Source of the DNA: an uncultured Erysipelotrichaceae bacterium
GTDB lineage: Bacteria; Bacillota_I; Bacilli_A; RFN20; CAG-826
Assembly: GCA_902794835.1 (NCBI GenBank)
Contig: CADBIO010000004.1
Span: 1 to 63,648, forward strand
Length of the DNA stretch: 63,648 nt
Reading direction: 5' to 3'
This document shows positions 28,892-38,757 of this stretch, piece after piece. The notes beneath the pieces are model-generated. The model had not been told where the DNA came from and made no database searches. It saw only the letters and a list, made by a program, of their open reading frames with translations. Positions within the stretch are counted from its first letter, which is position 1, and each line of letters begins with the position of its first letter. A program made the position numbers and the translations under genes.

Positions 28892-29460
28892 AGGTTAGAA
28901 GAATCCTCTGACGGGCTTTTTTCTTCTGGATAAGGCCCGTTTTCTTTTTCTTCTGAAGCCGCTTTTTGATTCGCTTCCTCTTCGGCGTCTTTCTTTTCCG
29001 CCTCCGCCAAATCTTCCAATAGGCCAGGAAGTGGCACGAAGTAGTGGTAAATGCCTTCGAATAGATAAACCAGAGCAAGATAGCAAAGGGGAAGAGAAAT
29101 GCCAAAACGGAAAATATCATTCGGGGCGTCAGGGATTCCGGAGACCCCATAAGTGGCTAGGATGTAAATATCCAAAGGAATCAAGGCAAGAGGCACTGGC
29201 AAAGGGAGACATTTGTCCATCAAGGAATTGTGGGCGCGTCTTTTTTGGGAAGACAAAAGCCAGATAAAATCAGCGATCGGCCATAACCCTCCGATCAAAG
29301 TGAGGAAAGTGAAGACATAACGTTTCCAATCCATCACTTTGATGACTTGGAACAAAATCAACAACCCAAGGACAAGAAAGATGATGGAGAATAAGACAAG
29401 CTCTCCTGAATAGATCAAGAGACTCTTTTTCTGAGATTTGGTGTAATTCGGTTTTTTCAT
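28888..29460 (-). CDS. Membrane protein (about 4 TM) with acidic C-terminal tail, unknown function
   Basis: 190 aa with hydrophobic segments (LVLFSIIFLVLGLLILF, FTFLTLIGGLWPIADFIWLL, and others). The stop overlaps the xth stop. Confidence 0.6.
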   Translation of the reverse strand: MKKPNYTKSQKKSLLIYSGELVLFSIIFLVLGLLILFQVIKVMDWKRYVFTFLTLIGGLWPIADFIWLLSSQKRRAHNSLMDKCLPLPVPLALIPLDIYILATYGVSGIPDAPNDIFRFGISLPLCYLALVYLFEGIYHYFVPLPGLLEDLAEAEKKDAEEEANQKAASEEKENGPYPEEKSPSEDSSNL

Positions 29461-29590
29461 ACTGAAAAAAGGATATGCGTTAATCTTCTCCTTTGCAATC
29501 GTTAAAAGAATTCTCGGAAATGAATCAAAGGGGCCTCTTTTGGGAGGTAAAAGACAATAAAAATAAAGGATAACCGATGTAATTTGTTAC

Positions 29591-31060
29591 CTAATCTACA
29601 TCGTTGTTTTTATGCTTCGCGCAAAGGAAGAGATAAGTCCCGTCTCTTCGAGGAATGATCCTGGAAGGAGCTTCGGTATGCCATGGGTTTTTCCTCGGGC
29701 AAAAAGGGCATTTCCAATGTTTAGGAACCTCGATTTCCTCCTCATCTTCTTCCTCAAAATCCTCTTCTGGGTTAGCAAAAGATCCTCTGATTTCCTCTTC
29801 GGGTTCGGAGAAAGAATCAGATTCCTTACCTTGCGATGGTTCGAAATGGTTGGTATCCGCTCGTTTATAACGCACCGGCTTAATCGGAGCCTCATAGGAA
29901 AAACCAACGTCGAGGGGTTCTTCTTCCTCTTCGAAAAGGTAATCCTCAGAGGCGGTCAATTTCTCCTCTGGCATCGTATTTTCAAATCCGACCGTCTTGC
30001 TCTCGACTCTTCTGGTGTGGGGCTCATTTTTGCCGCTTGCCTTTCCCGTTGGGTTCACCACCAAGGCCAAAGAGACATATTCGGCACTCGGTTTATGGAG
30101 AATGTCATCGCTTCGGAAGGTGTGATTTGGGTAATGGGAATGAATGAGCTCGAAATCCTCATCCTCGACGGTATAGCCGATGACGATGATCCAATCGTTA
30201 TCTCCTTCTTTTAATCCTTTCCGTCTCACTTTCTTATCGAGCAACGTCAGCATTTCCTCGCCATCGCTGCCGCGGATGAAGATCTCATCCCAACCAAAAT
30301 GGATGCCGATTCTCTCTTTGATTCTTTTCGTCAATTCAAGCGCTTTGTTTTGACTGGCGATCAACTTCTTTTCCTCAAGATCGTCCCTCTTTTGGATCGT
30401 GGCTTGTTTCACCAAGACTTTCGTGGTGGTCGCTTGTTTCTTATGAGGACGGTTTTTCTTGTTTTGAGGGTTGTCGTTATCTTTGTTTTGAGGCAAAGGC
30501 CTTTCTTCTTTTTGGGGAAGAACGAGGGCTATTTCTTTGTCAGTTTGTTTTTCTTCTTTCTCCAGCTTTCGCTTCTCCGAGGCCACGATTTCCTCATATT
30601 TTCTAAATTTCACCCCGCTAAGTGGGATTTTTTCTCTCTCTTGGGCGGGAATCTGGTCCAAAAGACGTTTAAACCAATCACTCAGGGTGGTGTAGCTGTT
30701 TAAATTGTCAAAAAGGGAATCATGATGTTTAAAAACATAGGAATCATCTAATAAATCCAAGACGGAAGCTTGAATTTCGGAATCCTTTGGCGTTTCTTTT
30801 CTCTCTTGATGGAACCCTTTTTTATACGCGTCGATGTCATCTAAAAGAAACCGTCCTTCGCCGACATAATAACGAAGCCGGATAAAGGGGGCGAGGTCTG
30901 TTTCAAAATAGCCTTTTTTCGGGGATTTGCGGCGAGAAAGATAAAGTTGGAAAAGAAGATTCTGGGATTCTTCTAACAATTTGACTAACGGGGTGGTCTC
31001 GTCCTGATATTCTTCGATGCTTTGCAAAAACGAGTTTGAAAGCTCAAAAACATTTGCCAT
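29591..31060 (-). CDS. Hypothetical 489-aa protein: basic low-complexity linker, acidic tail and C-terminal CxxC...CxxH zinc-ribbon-like motif
   Basis: ATG at 31060 is preceded by AGGGGG (SD). Ends with ...EEEDEEEIEVPKHWKCPFCPRKNPWHTEAPSRIIPRRDGTYLFLCAKHKNNDVD. No family recognised. Confidence 0.65.
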   Translation of the reverse strand: MANVFELSNSFLQSIEEYQDETTPLVKLLEESQNLLFQLYLSRRKSPKKGYFETDLAPFIRLRYYVGEGRFLLDDIDAYKKGFHQERKETPKDSEIQASVLDLLDDSYVFKHHDSLFDNLNSYTTLSDWFKRLLDQIPAQEREKIPLSGVKFRKYEEIVASEKRKLEKEEKQTDKEIALVLPQKEERPLPQNKDNDNPQNKKNRPHKKQATTTKVLVKQATIQKRDDLEEKKLIASQNKALELTKRIKERIGIHFGWDEIFIRGSDGEEMLTLLDKKVRRKGLKEGDNDWIIVIGYTVEDEDFELIHSHYPNHTFRSDDILHKPSAEYVSLALVVNPTGKASGKNEPHTRRVESKTVGFENTMPEEKLTASEDYLFEEEEEPLDVGFSYEAPIKPVRYKRADTNHFEPSQGKESDSFSEPEEEIRGSFANPEEDFEEEDEEEIEVPKHWKCPFCPRKNPWHTEAPSRIIPRRDGTYLFLCAKHKNNDVD

Positions 31061-31159
31061 AGATAACCCCCTAGAAAACAAAGTATAACACAAGGAGGAA
31101 AAGATTTTCTTTATTCTTTGAAAAATGAGGATGGTATAAGAGAAAAATAAATCGTCAAT

Positions 31160-31870
31160 CTATTCTTCGTTTTCTTTTGATTCTTCCTTTTGTTTCTGCC
31201 TTCTTTGGATTCGCGTCCAATTGAGAAAGCCGTAGATATCATTCGCTAAGAAAGAAACGCTATAGACGACCATCGGAAGGAAGTGGATGTCCTCAAGGCA
31301 CATCAAAGTCCACAAAAGGATGAGGATCAGATCGTTTGCTCCATAAGATAAAGCGTAAAGCCGGCTTCTTCGGATTTGGAAATAAGCACCCAGAGCGCTG
31401 GTGAAAATGGATAAGGTGGAAACCAGCAAGTTGTTTGTGTTCCAATGACGGAGAAGGAAATAAAAGCCGAAACTAAGAAGGGCAGAACCTAGGACGGCGA
31501 AGACAATTTCCATCCCGTTGACGTGATTGATTTGGACTTGTTCCCCTTTCTTCCCGTAACGGTGAGTCAGCCAAGAGACGATCGAAACGATTTCTAGCGG
31601 TGCCATCAACGCCAAAGAAATGATTAATTCCCCATAATAAGCGACTTGATACGAGACATAGGCATAAAAGAAAGTGGAGGCCAAAAGGAGGATCGGCCCA
31701 AAGAACGAGGCCTTGTTCATAAAAGCCAGGGACGTTACTCCGAAAATGACGCAGCATAATTGAAGATAATCCGTGCTTCCTGTCACGAAAAAGACGACGA
31801 GAATCGCAAAGACACAAATCAGCCACAAAGACCATTCAAAAGGGGTGAAATAGCGGAGAATTTTCTTCAT
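31160..31870 (-). CDS. pnuC: Nicotinamide riboside transporter PnuC family
   Basis: MKKILRYFTPFEWSLW..., ...RSRLYALSYGANDLILILLW..., ...ANDIYGFLNW... match the Firmicute PnuC pattern (from memory); multi-TM. Confidence 0.75.
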   Translation of the reverse strand: MKKILRYFTPFEWSLWLICVFAILVVFFVTGSTDYLQLCCVIFGVTSLAFMNKASFFGPILLLASTFFYAYVSYQVAYYGELIISLALMAPLEIVSIVSWLTHRYGKKGEQVQINHVNGMEIVFAVLGSALLSFGFYFLLRHWNTNNLLVSTLSIFTSALGAYFQIRRSRLYALSYGANDLILILLWTLMCLEDIHFLPMVVYSVSFLANDIYGFLNWTRIQRRQKQKEESKENEE

Positions 31871-31895
31871 TGCCAAGGGATAAAACAAACAAAGA

Positions 31896-31911
31896 GGCCC
31901 TTGAAAGGGCC
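31896..31911. terminator. Hairpin terminator between nrnA and pnuC
   Basis: GGCCC TTGAAA GGGCC. On the minus strand it is followed by TCTTTGTTTGTTTTAT. Confidence 0.6.
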
Positions 31912-31925
31912 ATGTTTTTTAAGAA

Positions 31926-32924
31926 TCAAAGGAAGAGCTCATCCAGCGATTGGATGAAGTCGTCTAATTGATCCAACGACTTGATTTTACAACCAGACGC
32001 TTGGGCGTGCCCGCCTCCCTCCCAGCGATTGGCAACGCCAGAGATGTCTTTGGCTTTGCTGCGGATGGAGATTCTCCAGCAATAATCTTTAGGATTCGGG
32101 TCTTCGGTAATCGAACACCAGGCGTTGATGCCTTCGATGTTGGAGAAAAGATTGACATTGTTTTTGCCTTGCTCCGAGGTGATGTTCAATTCTTTTTGGA
32201 TGGCATCTGGCAATAGATAATAGGCCACCCCATGCGGAGAGACTTGGAAATGGTTCAAGACATAGGCCGTTACCTTGAGATCATCGATCTTTTTCTCATA
32301 CATCGTCAGATAAATCTGGTTGATGTCGATCCCTGCTTTAATCAAAGCGGAGGCACAGGCGAAAGTGTGGGCGCTGGTGGAAGAATATTGGAATCTCCCA
32401 GAATCCCCGACGATGCCGATATAAAGGTAAGAAGCGGCTTCTTTCGAGAGGGTCGTGCCTTTGAATTTCAGCAACAAATCAGTCATGATTTCCGCTGCGG
32501 CGGCAGATTCGACATCCAAAATCGGGTGAGAAGAGATTTCTTTCTTGCAAGGGTGGTGGTCGATTTTCAGAATCGTCTCCGCCCTTTCATAACGAGGGTC
32601 GGCGATTCTTTCGTGATCTCCGACATCCACGACGATGGCTAGAAATGGCTGATTGAACCACTCATCGTTAAGCCGTTCGGTCTTGGGGAAAATCTTTGGG
32701 GTGAATGAAACATGGTCGTCCCCGACGAAATGGACCTCTTTCTGAGGGAAATTGTCCCGCAAGAAAGTATAAAGCCCCATTTGGGTGCCCTGAGCGTCAT
32801 AATCCGGCTTGATGTGGCGGAATATGACGATGCGGTCGTATTTTCTGACCGAAGAATAGAAGAAGGAGTAATTCTTCTTCATCTCTTTTCCATATTGAGC
32901 AATCAATGGATCGAATTTGGCCAT
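31926..32924 (-). CDS. nrnA: DHH-family phosphoesterase (NrnA-like oligoribonuclease / pAp phosphatase)
   Basis: IVIFRHIKPDYDAQGT (DHH motif I), KIDHHP (DHH), GGGHAQASG (DHHA1). The ATG at 32924 lies 1 nt after the ackA stop. Confidence 0.85.
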   Translation of the reverse strand: MAKFDPLIAQYGKEMKKNYSFFYSSVRKYDRIVIFRHIKPDYDAQGTQMGLYTFLRDNFPQKEVHFVGDDHVSFTPKIFPKTERLNDEWFNQPFLAIVVDVGDHERIADPRYERAETILKIDHHPCKKEISSHPILDVESAAAAEIMTDLLLKFKGTTLSKEAASYLYIGIVGDSGRFQYSSTSAHTFACASALIKAGIDINQIYLTMYEKKIDDLKVTAYVLNHFQVSPHGVAYYLLPDAIQKELNITSEQGKNNVNLFSNIEGINAWCSITEDPNPKDYCWRISIRSKAKDISGVANRWEGGGHAQASGCKIKSLDQLDDFIQSLDELFL

Positions 32925-32925
32925 C

Positions 32926-34128
32926 TTATAATTTTCCCTCAAAGGCCGAGAAACAATCTCTGGCAATCATGACTTCTTCATCGGTTGGGATGACCAAGAC
33001 ACGGACTTGGCTGCCTTCGGCGGTGATTTCGCCTTCTTTTCCGATTAAAAGGTCATTCTTCGCCCAATCGACTTTGATCTTTAAGGCCTCGGAAATGTCA
33101 TCCAGGATGAATTTACGGAAGGTTGGGCTATTTTCGGTGATGCCAGCGGAGAAGATGATCATATCCACCCCACCAAGACGGACGGTATAAGAACCGACGA
33201 AATCAGCGACCCTACGCGCCCAAAGACGAATGGAATTCATCGCTCTTTCATCGCCTTTTTCGGCGGCGGATAAGACATCGCGGGTATCGTTAGAGATTCC
33301 CGAAACGCCCAAGAAGCCGGATTTTTTGTTGAGCTCGTCATAGATTTCGGCAGAGCTCTTGCCGGTTTTTTCGACCAAATAATAGTAAACGGAAGGATCG
33401 ATATCCCCACAACGGGTGCCCATCATCACCCCGCCTAATGGGGTCAGGCCCATCGAAGTGGCGACGCATTTCCCATCTTTGATGGCGCAAAGGGAAGCCC
33501 CTGAGCCAAGATGAAGGGTGATGATACGTTTTGAAGCGTCTCCGTGGAAATAATCTTTGATGGCCTTATTGGCGAGATATTGGTGAGAAGTGCCATGGGC
33601 CCCATAACGACGGCAATCATATTTCTCGGTATATTCGTAAGGAATTGGGTAAAGATAATCTTCTGGGGCCATGCTTTGATGGAAAGCCGTGTCGAAAACG
33701 GCAATCGTGACGGCTTCAGGGAGGACCTCTTTAAAAGCGTGGAAACCCATCAAGTGAGCTGGCGCATGAAGAGGGTCGAGAGGAATCAATTTGGTGATTT
33801 TCTCTTCGGTATCTTCGTTAAAATAAGCGGATTTGGAGAAATATTTCCCCCCTTGGACAACACGGTGTCCGACGGCTTTGATTTCATCATAGCTTTTGAC
33901 GATGCCGTCCTTGATTAAGGCTTCCAAAATCAGCTTGACGCCGACTTTATGGTCCATGATCGGAAGATAGTCGTCATGCTTCGTGCCATTGTATTTGATG
34001 CGGAAATGCGCATCTTCGTGGCCGATTCTCTCGACTAAGCCTTCGCAAATCACTTTCTCTTCTGGCATCTCGAACAATTTGTATTTAATCGAGCTAGAGC
34101 CAGCGTTGACAGCCATACATTTGATCAT
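32926..34128 (-). CDS. ackA: Acetate kinase
   Basis: AVNAGSSSIKYKLF, HLGSGASLCAIKDGK, IIFSAGITENS; 400 aa. Confidence 0.96.
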   Translation of the reverse strand: MIKCMAVNAGSSSIKYKLFEMPEEKVICEGLVERIGHEDAHFRIKYNGTKHDDYLPIMDHKVGVKLILEALIKDGIVKSYDEIKAVGHRVVQGGKYFSKSAYFNEDTEEKITKLIPLDPLHAPAHLMGFHAFKEVLPEAVTIAVFDTAFHQSMAPEDYLYPIPYEYTEKYDCRRYGAHGTSHQYLANKAIKDYFHGDASKRIITLHLGSGASLCAIKDGKCVATSMGLTPLGGVMMGTRCGDIDPSVYYYLVEKTGKSSAEIYDELNKKSGFLGVSGISNDTRDVLSAAEKGDERAMNSIRLWARRVADFVGSYTVRLGGVDMIIFSAGITENSPTFRKFILDDISEALKIKVDWAKNDLLIGKEGEITAEGSQVRVLVIPTDEEVMIARDCFSAFEGKL

Positions 34129-34328
34129 ATTTGTTTCTACCTCTTTGTAACGTAAAGATTTTAATCTATCTCCTTTCTTAAGACAAAGGAATAAACAAAA
34201 AGGTTTTTATTCCGGCTCGAGTGAACGGGAAGAAGGGGTTTCTCCCTTTTCTCCATTCTTTTTTTCGTGTGTGCGTGAGTGTATGATAAAATGTGTGCTT
34301 GAGTGTATAATAGACGGGGTATTAAATT

Positions 34329-36254
34329 ATGGCATTTGGACTTTTGTATGACTATCTTATGGGCCAGACGATTGAGGCCTATCGCTACTTCGGGGCGCAT
34401 TTCGTAACCCAAACAATCGAGGGCAAACCACGCCATGGCGTCATCTTCCGTTTGTATGCCCCTTGCGCCGACGATGTCTCGGTGATTGGGTCCTGGAATC
34501 AGTGGGATGTGACGAAAGACAAAATGCGGAAAGTGGATTCTTCGGGGGTTTATGAGATCTTCATCGAAGGGCTCCATAATTATGATTCTTATAAATATCA
34601 TTTCCGGAACGCCAAAGGCCAATATGTCGACAAAGCGGACCCTTTCGCTTTCTTTTCGGAACTTCGCCCAGGGACTTGTTCGCGCCTTTTTGATATCGAG
34701 AATTTCGCCTGGCATGATGAGTCTTACTTAAAACAGAGAGACCGAAATTTCGATCGCGCGATGTCCATCTACGAGATCCATCTTGGCTCTTGGAAGGGAT
34801 TGATTGACGGCCGCTATCCTTCTTATGAAGAGGTGGCAGATTATCTTATCCCTTACCTGCGAGAGAATGGTTTCACCCATGTCGAGATCATGCCGATCAC
34901 CCAATATCCGTTCGATGGCTCCTGGGGGTATCAGGCAACCGGCTTTTATTCGGTTGACAGCCGTTATGGCAATCCGTTCCAACTCATGTCGTTTGTCGAT
35001 CGCCTTCATCAAGAAGGGTTCGGCGTGATTTTGGACTTCGCCCCCGTCCATTTTGCCAACGATTCTTTCGCTTTGCGAGAATTCGACGGCACTTGCCTTT
35101 ATGAATATGCCGATCCGAAACGCACTTTCTCTCCGTGGGGGAGTTGCTATTTCGATTTAGGGAAAGACCCAGTCCGCTCTTTTTTAATGAGCGCGATGAA
35201 TTTCTTTCTTTCTTATTTCCATTTCGATGGGATCCGCGTCGATGCCGTTTCCAACATCGTCTATTGGGAAGGCAATAAGGCAATGGGAGAAAACACAGGC
35301 GCCACCGAATTTATCCGCCGTTTGAATGGCAAAATTCATTATGCCCATCCAAAGGTGATGATGATCGCTGAGGATAGCACTGATTTCCAAGGGGTCACCA
35401 AACCATTGGAATATGGAGGCCTGGGATTCGATTACAAATGGGACCTTGGCTGGATGAATGATACGTTGAAATATTATTCGAAAGACCCGATTTATAAGAA
35501 ATATGAGCATCATAATATCACTTTCTCGATGGCTTATTTCTTCTCGGAGAATTTCCTCTTGCCTTTAAGCCATGATGAAGTGGTACACGGCAAAGGGACG
35601 CTGATTAACAAGATGTATGGCGATTATGAGACGAAATTCGACCTTTTGCGCAACCTTTTCACTTATCAATTCGCCCATCCTGGGAAGAAATTGAATTTCA
35701 TGGGCAACGAATTGGCTTCCTTCGATGAATGGAATGAGAGCCGTTCTTTGCCATGGAATCTTCTTTTTTACCCCAAACATGATTCCGTCAAGCGGCTTGT
35801 CCGGGATCTCAATCTGATTTATCAAGCGGAAGAGGCAATGCGTTGCGAAGAATATAACCCCGCCCATTTCCATTGGACGATGGTTGACAACGCCGATCAG
35901 TCCGTCTTCGCTTTTGAACGGGAATATGGCGATAGTGATTTGCTCTTTGTCTTCAATATGACCCCAAATTATTATGAACATTATGATGTAGGGCTCTATC
36001 ACGACGGAGAATGGGAAGAACTCTTCAATTCCGACAAAGACGTCTATGGGGGGCATAATCAATACAACGGCCTCCCGCTGAAATCTTACCCCGGAGGCCC
36101 GGAGAACCGCCCATATCATATCGAAATCAAATTGGGATCCTATGCGGCTTGTATCTTCAAGCGAAAAATCGCAAAGCCCGTCCCGAAAAAGGAAACCATG
36201 AAGGGTAAATCCGTTTCTAAAACCAGAAAAAAGACAGCAAGAAAGGCAAAATAA
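34329..36254 (+). CDS. glgB: 1,4-alpha-glucan branching enzyme (GH13)
   Basis: DFAPVHFAND, GIRVDAVSNI, MIAEDST, LSHDEVVHGK; Lys-rich C-terminal tail KRKIAKPVPKKETMKGKSVSKTRKKTARKAK. Confidence 0.93.
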   Translation: MAFGLLYDYLMGQTIEAYRYFGAHFVTQTIEGKPRHGVIFRLYAPCADDVSVIGSWNQWDVTKDKMRKVDSSGVYEIFIEGLHNYDSYKYHFRNAKGQYVDKADPFAFFSELRPGTCSRLFDIENFAWHDESYLKQRDRNFDRAMSIYEIHLGSWKGLIDGRYPSYEEVADYLIPYLRENGFTHVEIMPITQYPFDGSWGYQATGFYSVDSRYGNPFQLMSFVDRLHQEGFGVILDFAPVHFANDSFALREFDGTCLYEYADPKRTFSPWGSCYFDLGKDPVRSFLMSAMNFFLSYFHFDGIRVDAVSNIVYWEGNKAMGENTGATEFIRRLNGKIHYAHPKVMMIAEDSTDFQGVTKPLEYGGLGFDYKWDLGWMNDTLKYYSKDPIYKKYEHHNITFSMAYFFSENFLLPLSHDEVVHGKGTLINKMYGDYETKFDLLRNLFTYQFAHPGKKLNFMGNELASFDEWNESRSLPWNLLFYPKHDSVKRLVRDLNLIYQAEEAMRCEEYNPAHFHWTMVDNADQSVFAFEREYGDSDLLFVFNMTPNYYEHYDVGLYHDGEWEELFNSDKDVYGGHNQYNGLPLKSYPGGPENRPYHIEIKLGSYAACIFKRKIAKPVPKKETMKGKSVSKTRKKTARKAK

Positions 36255-36256
36255 AG

Positions 36257-38671
36257 ATGATGTTTAGCAATAAAAAAGAATTCAAGCGAGAATTTGAAAA
36301 ACGTTTGACCGAACGTTATGGCCGTACCGTGGCCGATTCCCATGTCACCGAACGTTATGAGGTCTTGGGAGAAATGGTCCGCGATTACGCTGGCGTTGGC
36401 TGGAGAGATTGTCGCGAAGAGACGATGAAAGGCAAGAAGCAGTGCATCTATTTCTCCATGGAATTCCTCATTGGGCGCTTATTGCTCAATAATATGCAAA
36501 ACCTCGGGGTCTATAACGTTGCCAAAGAAGGACTTGCCGATTATGGCATTGATATCAACGAATTGGAAGACCAAGAGCCAGATGCTGGCTTAGGGAATGG
36601 CGGTTTAGGCCGTCTTGCTGCCTGCTTTTTGGATTCGGCCGCTTCCTTAGGCTATCCGGTTCATGGCAACACCATCCGTTATGAATATGGCTTCTTTAAA
36701 CAAAAATTCGTGGAGGGGAGACAAACAGAGCTTCCTGACGAATGGCTCTCGAATGGCTTCGTTTTCGAAGTCCGCAAGCCAAAACATGCCGTGGAAGTGG
36801 AATTCGGGGGCAATGCGGAGACTTATATCAAACCAAATGGCGAATATGCCTTAAGAACGGTCAACGCCACCCATGTCAGAGCCGTGCCATACGATGTCTC
36901 CGTCGTCGGATATCGGAATGGGGTATCTAATTCATTACGCCTTTGGTCGGCTGAGCCAAGCGAGAAAAACCTCCCAACCGACGTCACTTTCGATGAATAT
37001 CTTTCGACCCTCAAGGAACTTTCTTTCGGCCTTTATCCGGATGATTCAACCGAACACGGCCGCATCTTGCGTCTCCGTCAGCAATATTTCCTCGTCTCCG
37101 CCGGATTACAGTCGGTGATGCGTGGGGAAGTAAGAAGATATGGCAATCTCGATCAACTGAAAGACCATTATGTCTTCCAGCTGAATGACACCCATCCCAT
37201 TCTTTCTATCCCTGAGATGATGCGTCTTTTGATGGATGTCTATGGCTATGGCTGGGATGAAGCCTGGGATCAAGTCTCCCATTCTGTCGCCTATACCAAT
37301 CACACCGTCATGCCAGAAGCGTTGGAACGCTGGCCGATCCAATACGTCCAGAAATTGCTTCCACGTGTCTATATGATCATCGAAGAAATCAATCGCCGCT
37401 TCAACGCCTTTATGGTGGAACGCGGGGTTGACCCAGCCAAGGCTTATCAAATGCAAATCATCAAAGACGGCCAAATCCATATGACCAACATGGCCATCTA
37501 TGCCGGGTTCAGCGTCAATGGGGTGGCTAAAATCCATACCTCGATCTTAGAAAATTACACCTTCCGGAATTTCTATGAGCTCTTCCCAGAGAAATTCTCC
37601 AATAAGACCAATGGGGTCACCCACCGTAGATGGTTGCTTTACGCCAACGAGAAATTATCCGATCTCATCACTTCCAAAATCGGAGCCGGATGGATCATGG
37701 AACCTTCGAAATTAGAGGAGTTCAAAGCCTTTGACAACGATCCGGAAGTTCAAAGAGAAGTGATGAAGATCAAACACGAAAACAAGGAGCAATTCGCCGC
37801 TTTCGTGAAAAAGAATTATGACATCGACATTGATCCGAACGCGATCTTTGACGTTCAAATCAAGCGTCTCCACGCCTATAAACGCCAATTGCTCAACATC
37901 TTCCATATCATGGCTTTGTATCAGCAATTGAAATCTGACCCGGCCCATTTCTCCATGGTTCCGCACGTCTATATCTTCGGCGCCAAGGCGGCCCCAAGTT
38001 ATGAATATGCCAAACGCATCATCGAATTGATTTTATCCGTCCAGGATGTCATCAATAACGACGAAGAGGCCGCTCCATTCATGAAAATCGTCTTCGTGGA
38101 GAATTATGGGGTCACCCTGGCGGAAAAAATCATCCCTGCCGCCGATCTTTCGGAACAAATCTCGACCGCCGGAAAAGAGGCCTCTGGCACTTCGAATATG
38201 AAATTGATGATGAATGGGGCCATCACTTTAGGGACCCTTGATGGGGCGAATATTGAAATCGCCAAGCAAGCAGGCATGGAAAATGAGGTCATCTTTGGCC
38301 TTACTGCCGAGCAAGTCGAGGAAAAAATGGAAAATGGCTCTTATTCTCCTTGGGACCTCTATAACCGCAACCCAGTGATCAAATCGGTGATGGATTCTCT
38401 TTTCAACGGACCTTGGGCCTTGAAAGCCAACGGCCGTTTCCAAATGATTTTCGATGAGATCATGAACCATGGCGATCAATATTTCATCCTCGAGGATTTC
38501 GAAAGCTATTGCCAAGCTTGCCTCCAAGCGGATCTCTTCTATTCTGATTCCTCGCGCTGGGCCAAAGCGGCCATCGATAATATTGCGATGTCTGGCATTT
38601 TCTCTAGCGATCGCACGATTGAAGAATATAACCGCGACATTTGGCATCTTAGCAAATACAAGGTCCGTTAA
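36257..38671 (+). CDS. glgP: Glycogen/maltodextrin phosphorylase
   Basis: NGGLGRLAACFLDS and EASGTSNMKLMMNGA (PLP lysine); 804 aa. Confidence 0.96.
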   Translation: MMFSNKKEFKREFEKRLTERYGRTVADSHVTERYEVLGEMVRDYAGVGWRDCREETMKGKKQCIYFSMEFLIGRLLLNNMQNLGVYNVAKEGLADYGIDINELEDQEPDAGLGNGGLGRLAACFLDSAASLGYPVHGNTIRYEYGFFKQKFVEGRQTELPDEWLSNGFVFEVRKPKHAVEVEFGGNAETYIKPNGEYALRTVNATHVRAVPYDVSVVGYRNGVSNSLRLWSAEPSEKNLPTDVTFDEYLSTLKELSFGLYPDDSTEHGRILRLRQQYFLVSAGLQSVMRGEVRRYGNLDQLKDHYVFQLNDTHPILSIPEMMRLLMDVYGYGWDEAWDQVSHSVAYTNHTVMPEALERWPIQYVQKLLPRVYMIIEEINRRFNAFMVERGVDPAKAYQMQIIKDGQIHMTNMAIYAGFSVNGVAKIHTSILENYTFRNFYELFPEKFSNKTNGVTHRRWLLYANEKLSDLITSKIGAGWIMEPSKLEEFKAFDNDPEVQREVMKIKHENKEQFAAFVKKNYDIDIDPNAIFDVQIKRLHAYKRQLLNIFHIMALYQQLKSDPAHFSMVPHVYIFGAKAAPSYEYAKRIIELILSVQDVINNDEEAAPFMKIVFVENYGVTLAEKIIPAADLSEQISTAGKEASGTSNMKLMMNGAITLGTLDGANIEIAKQAGMENEVIFGLTAEQVEEKMENGSYSPWDLYNRNPVIKSVMDSLFNGPWALKANGRFQMIFDEIMNHGDQYFILEDFESYCQACLQADLFYSDSSRWAKAAIDNIAMSGIFSSDRTIEEYNRDIWHLSKYKVR

Positions 38672-38720
38672 ATGTTATCTTTTTACCTAATTTTCTAGGT
38701 AATAAAAAATTTCGATAATA

Positions 38721-38756
38721 AAAAAGAAAAGTTGCCTTATGCAAGGCAACTTTTTT
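38721..38756. terminator. Bidirectional intrinsic terminator (glgP / ABC exporter)
   Basis: A-run, then GTTGCCTT ATGC AAGGCAAC (38731-38750), then TTTTTT. Confidence 0.8.
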
Positions 38757-38757
38757 C

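Noticed and set aside
34161-34715. 184-aa minus-strand ORF spanning the ackA/glgB intergenic region and the glgB 5' end
   Set aside because: It overlaps the conserved glgB N-terminus in antisense and runs through promoter DNA. It has no SD and no recognisable motif.
35565-36119. 184-aa ORF antisense to glgB; similar long antisense ORFs at 29612-30214, 47951-48553, 53004-53528 and 58848-59270
   Set aside because: Each lies fully inside a motif-supported gene on the opposite strand. This is typical of moderate-GC coding regions that lack stops in the antisense frame.
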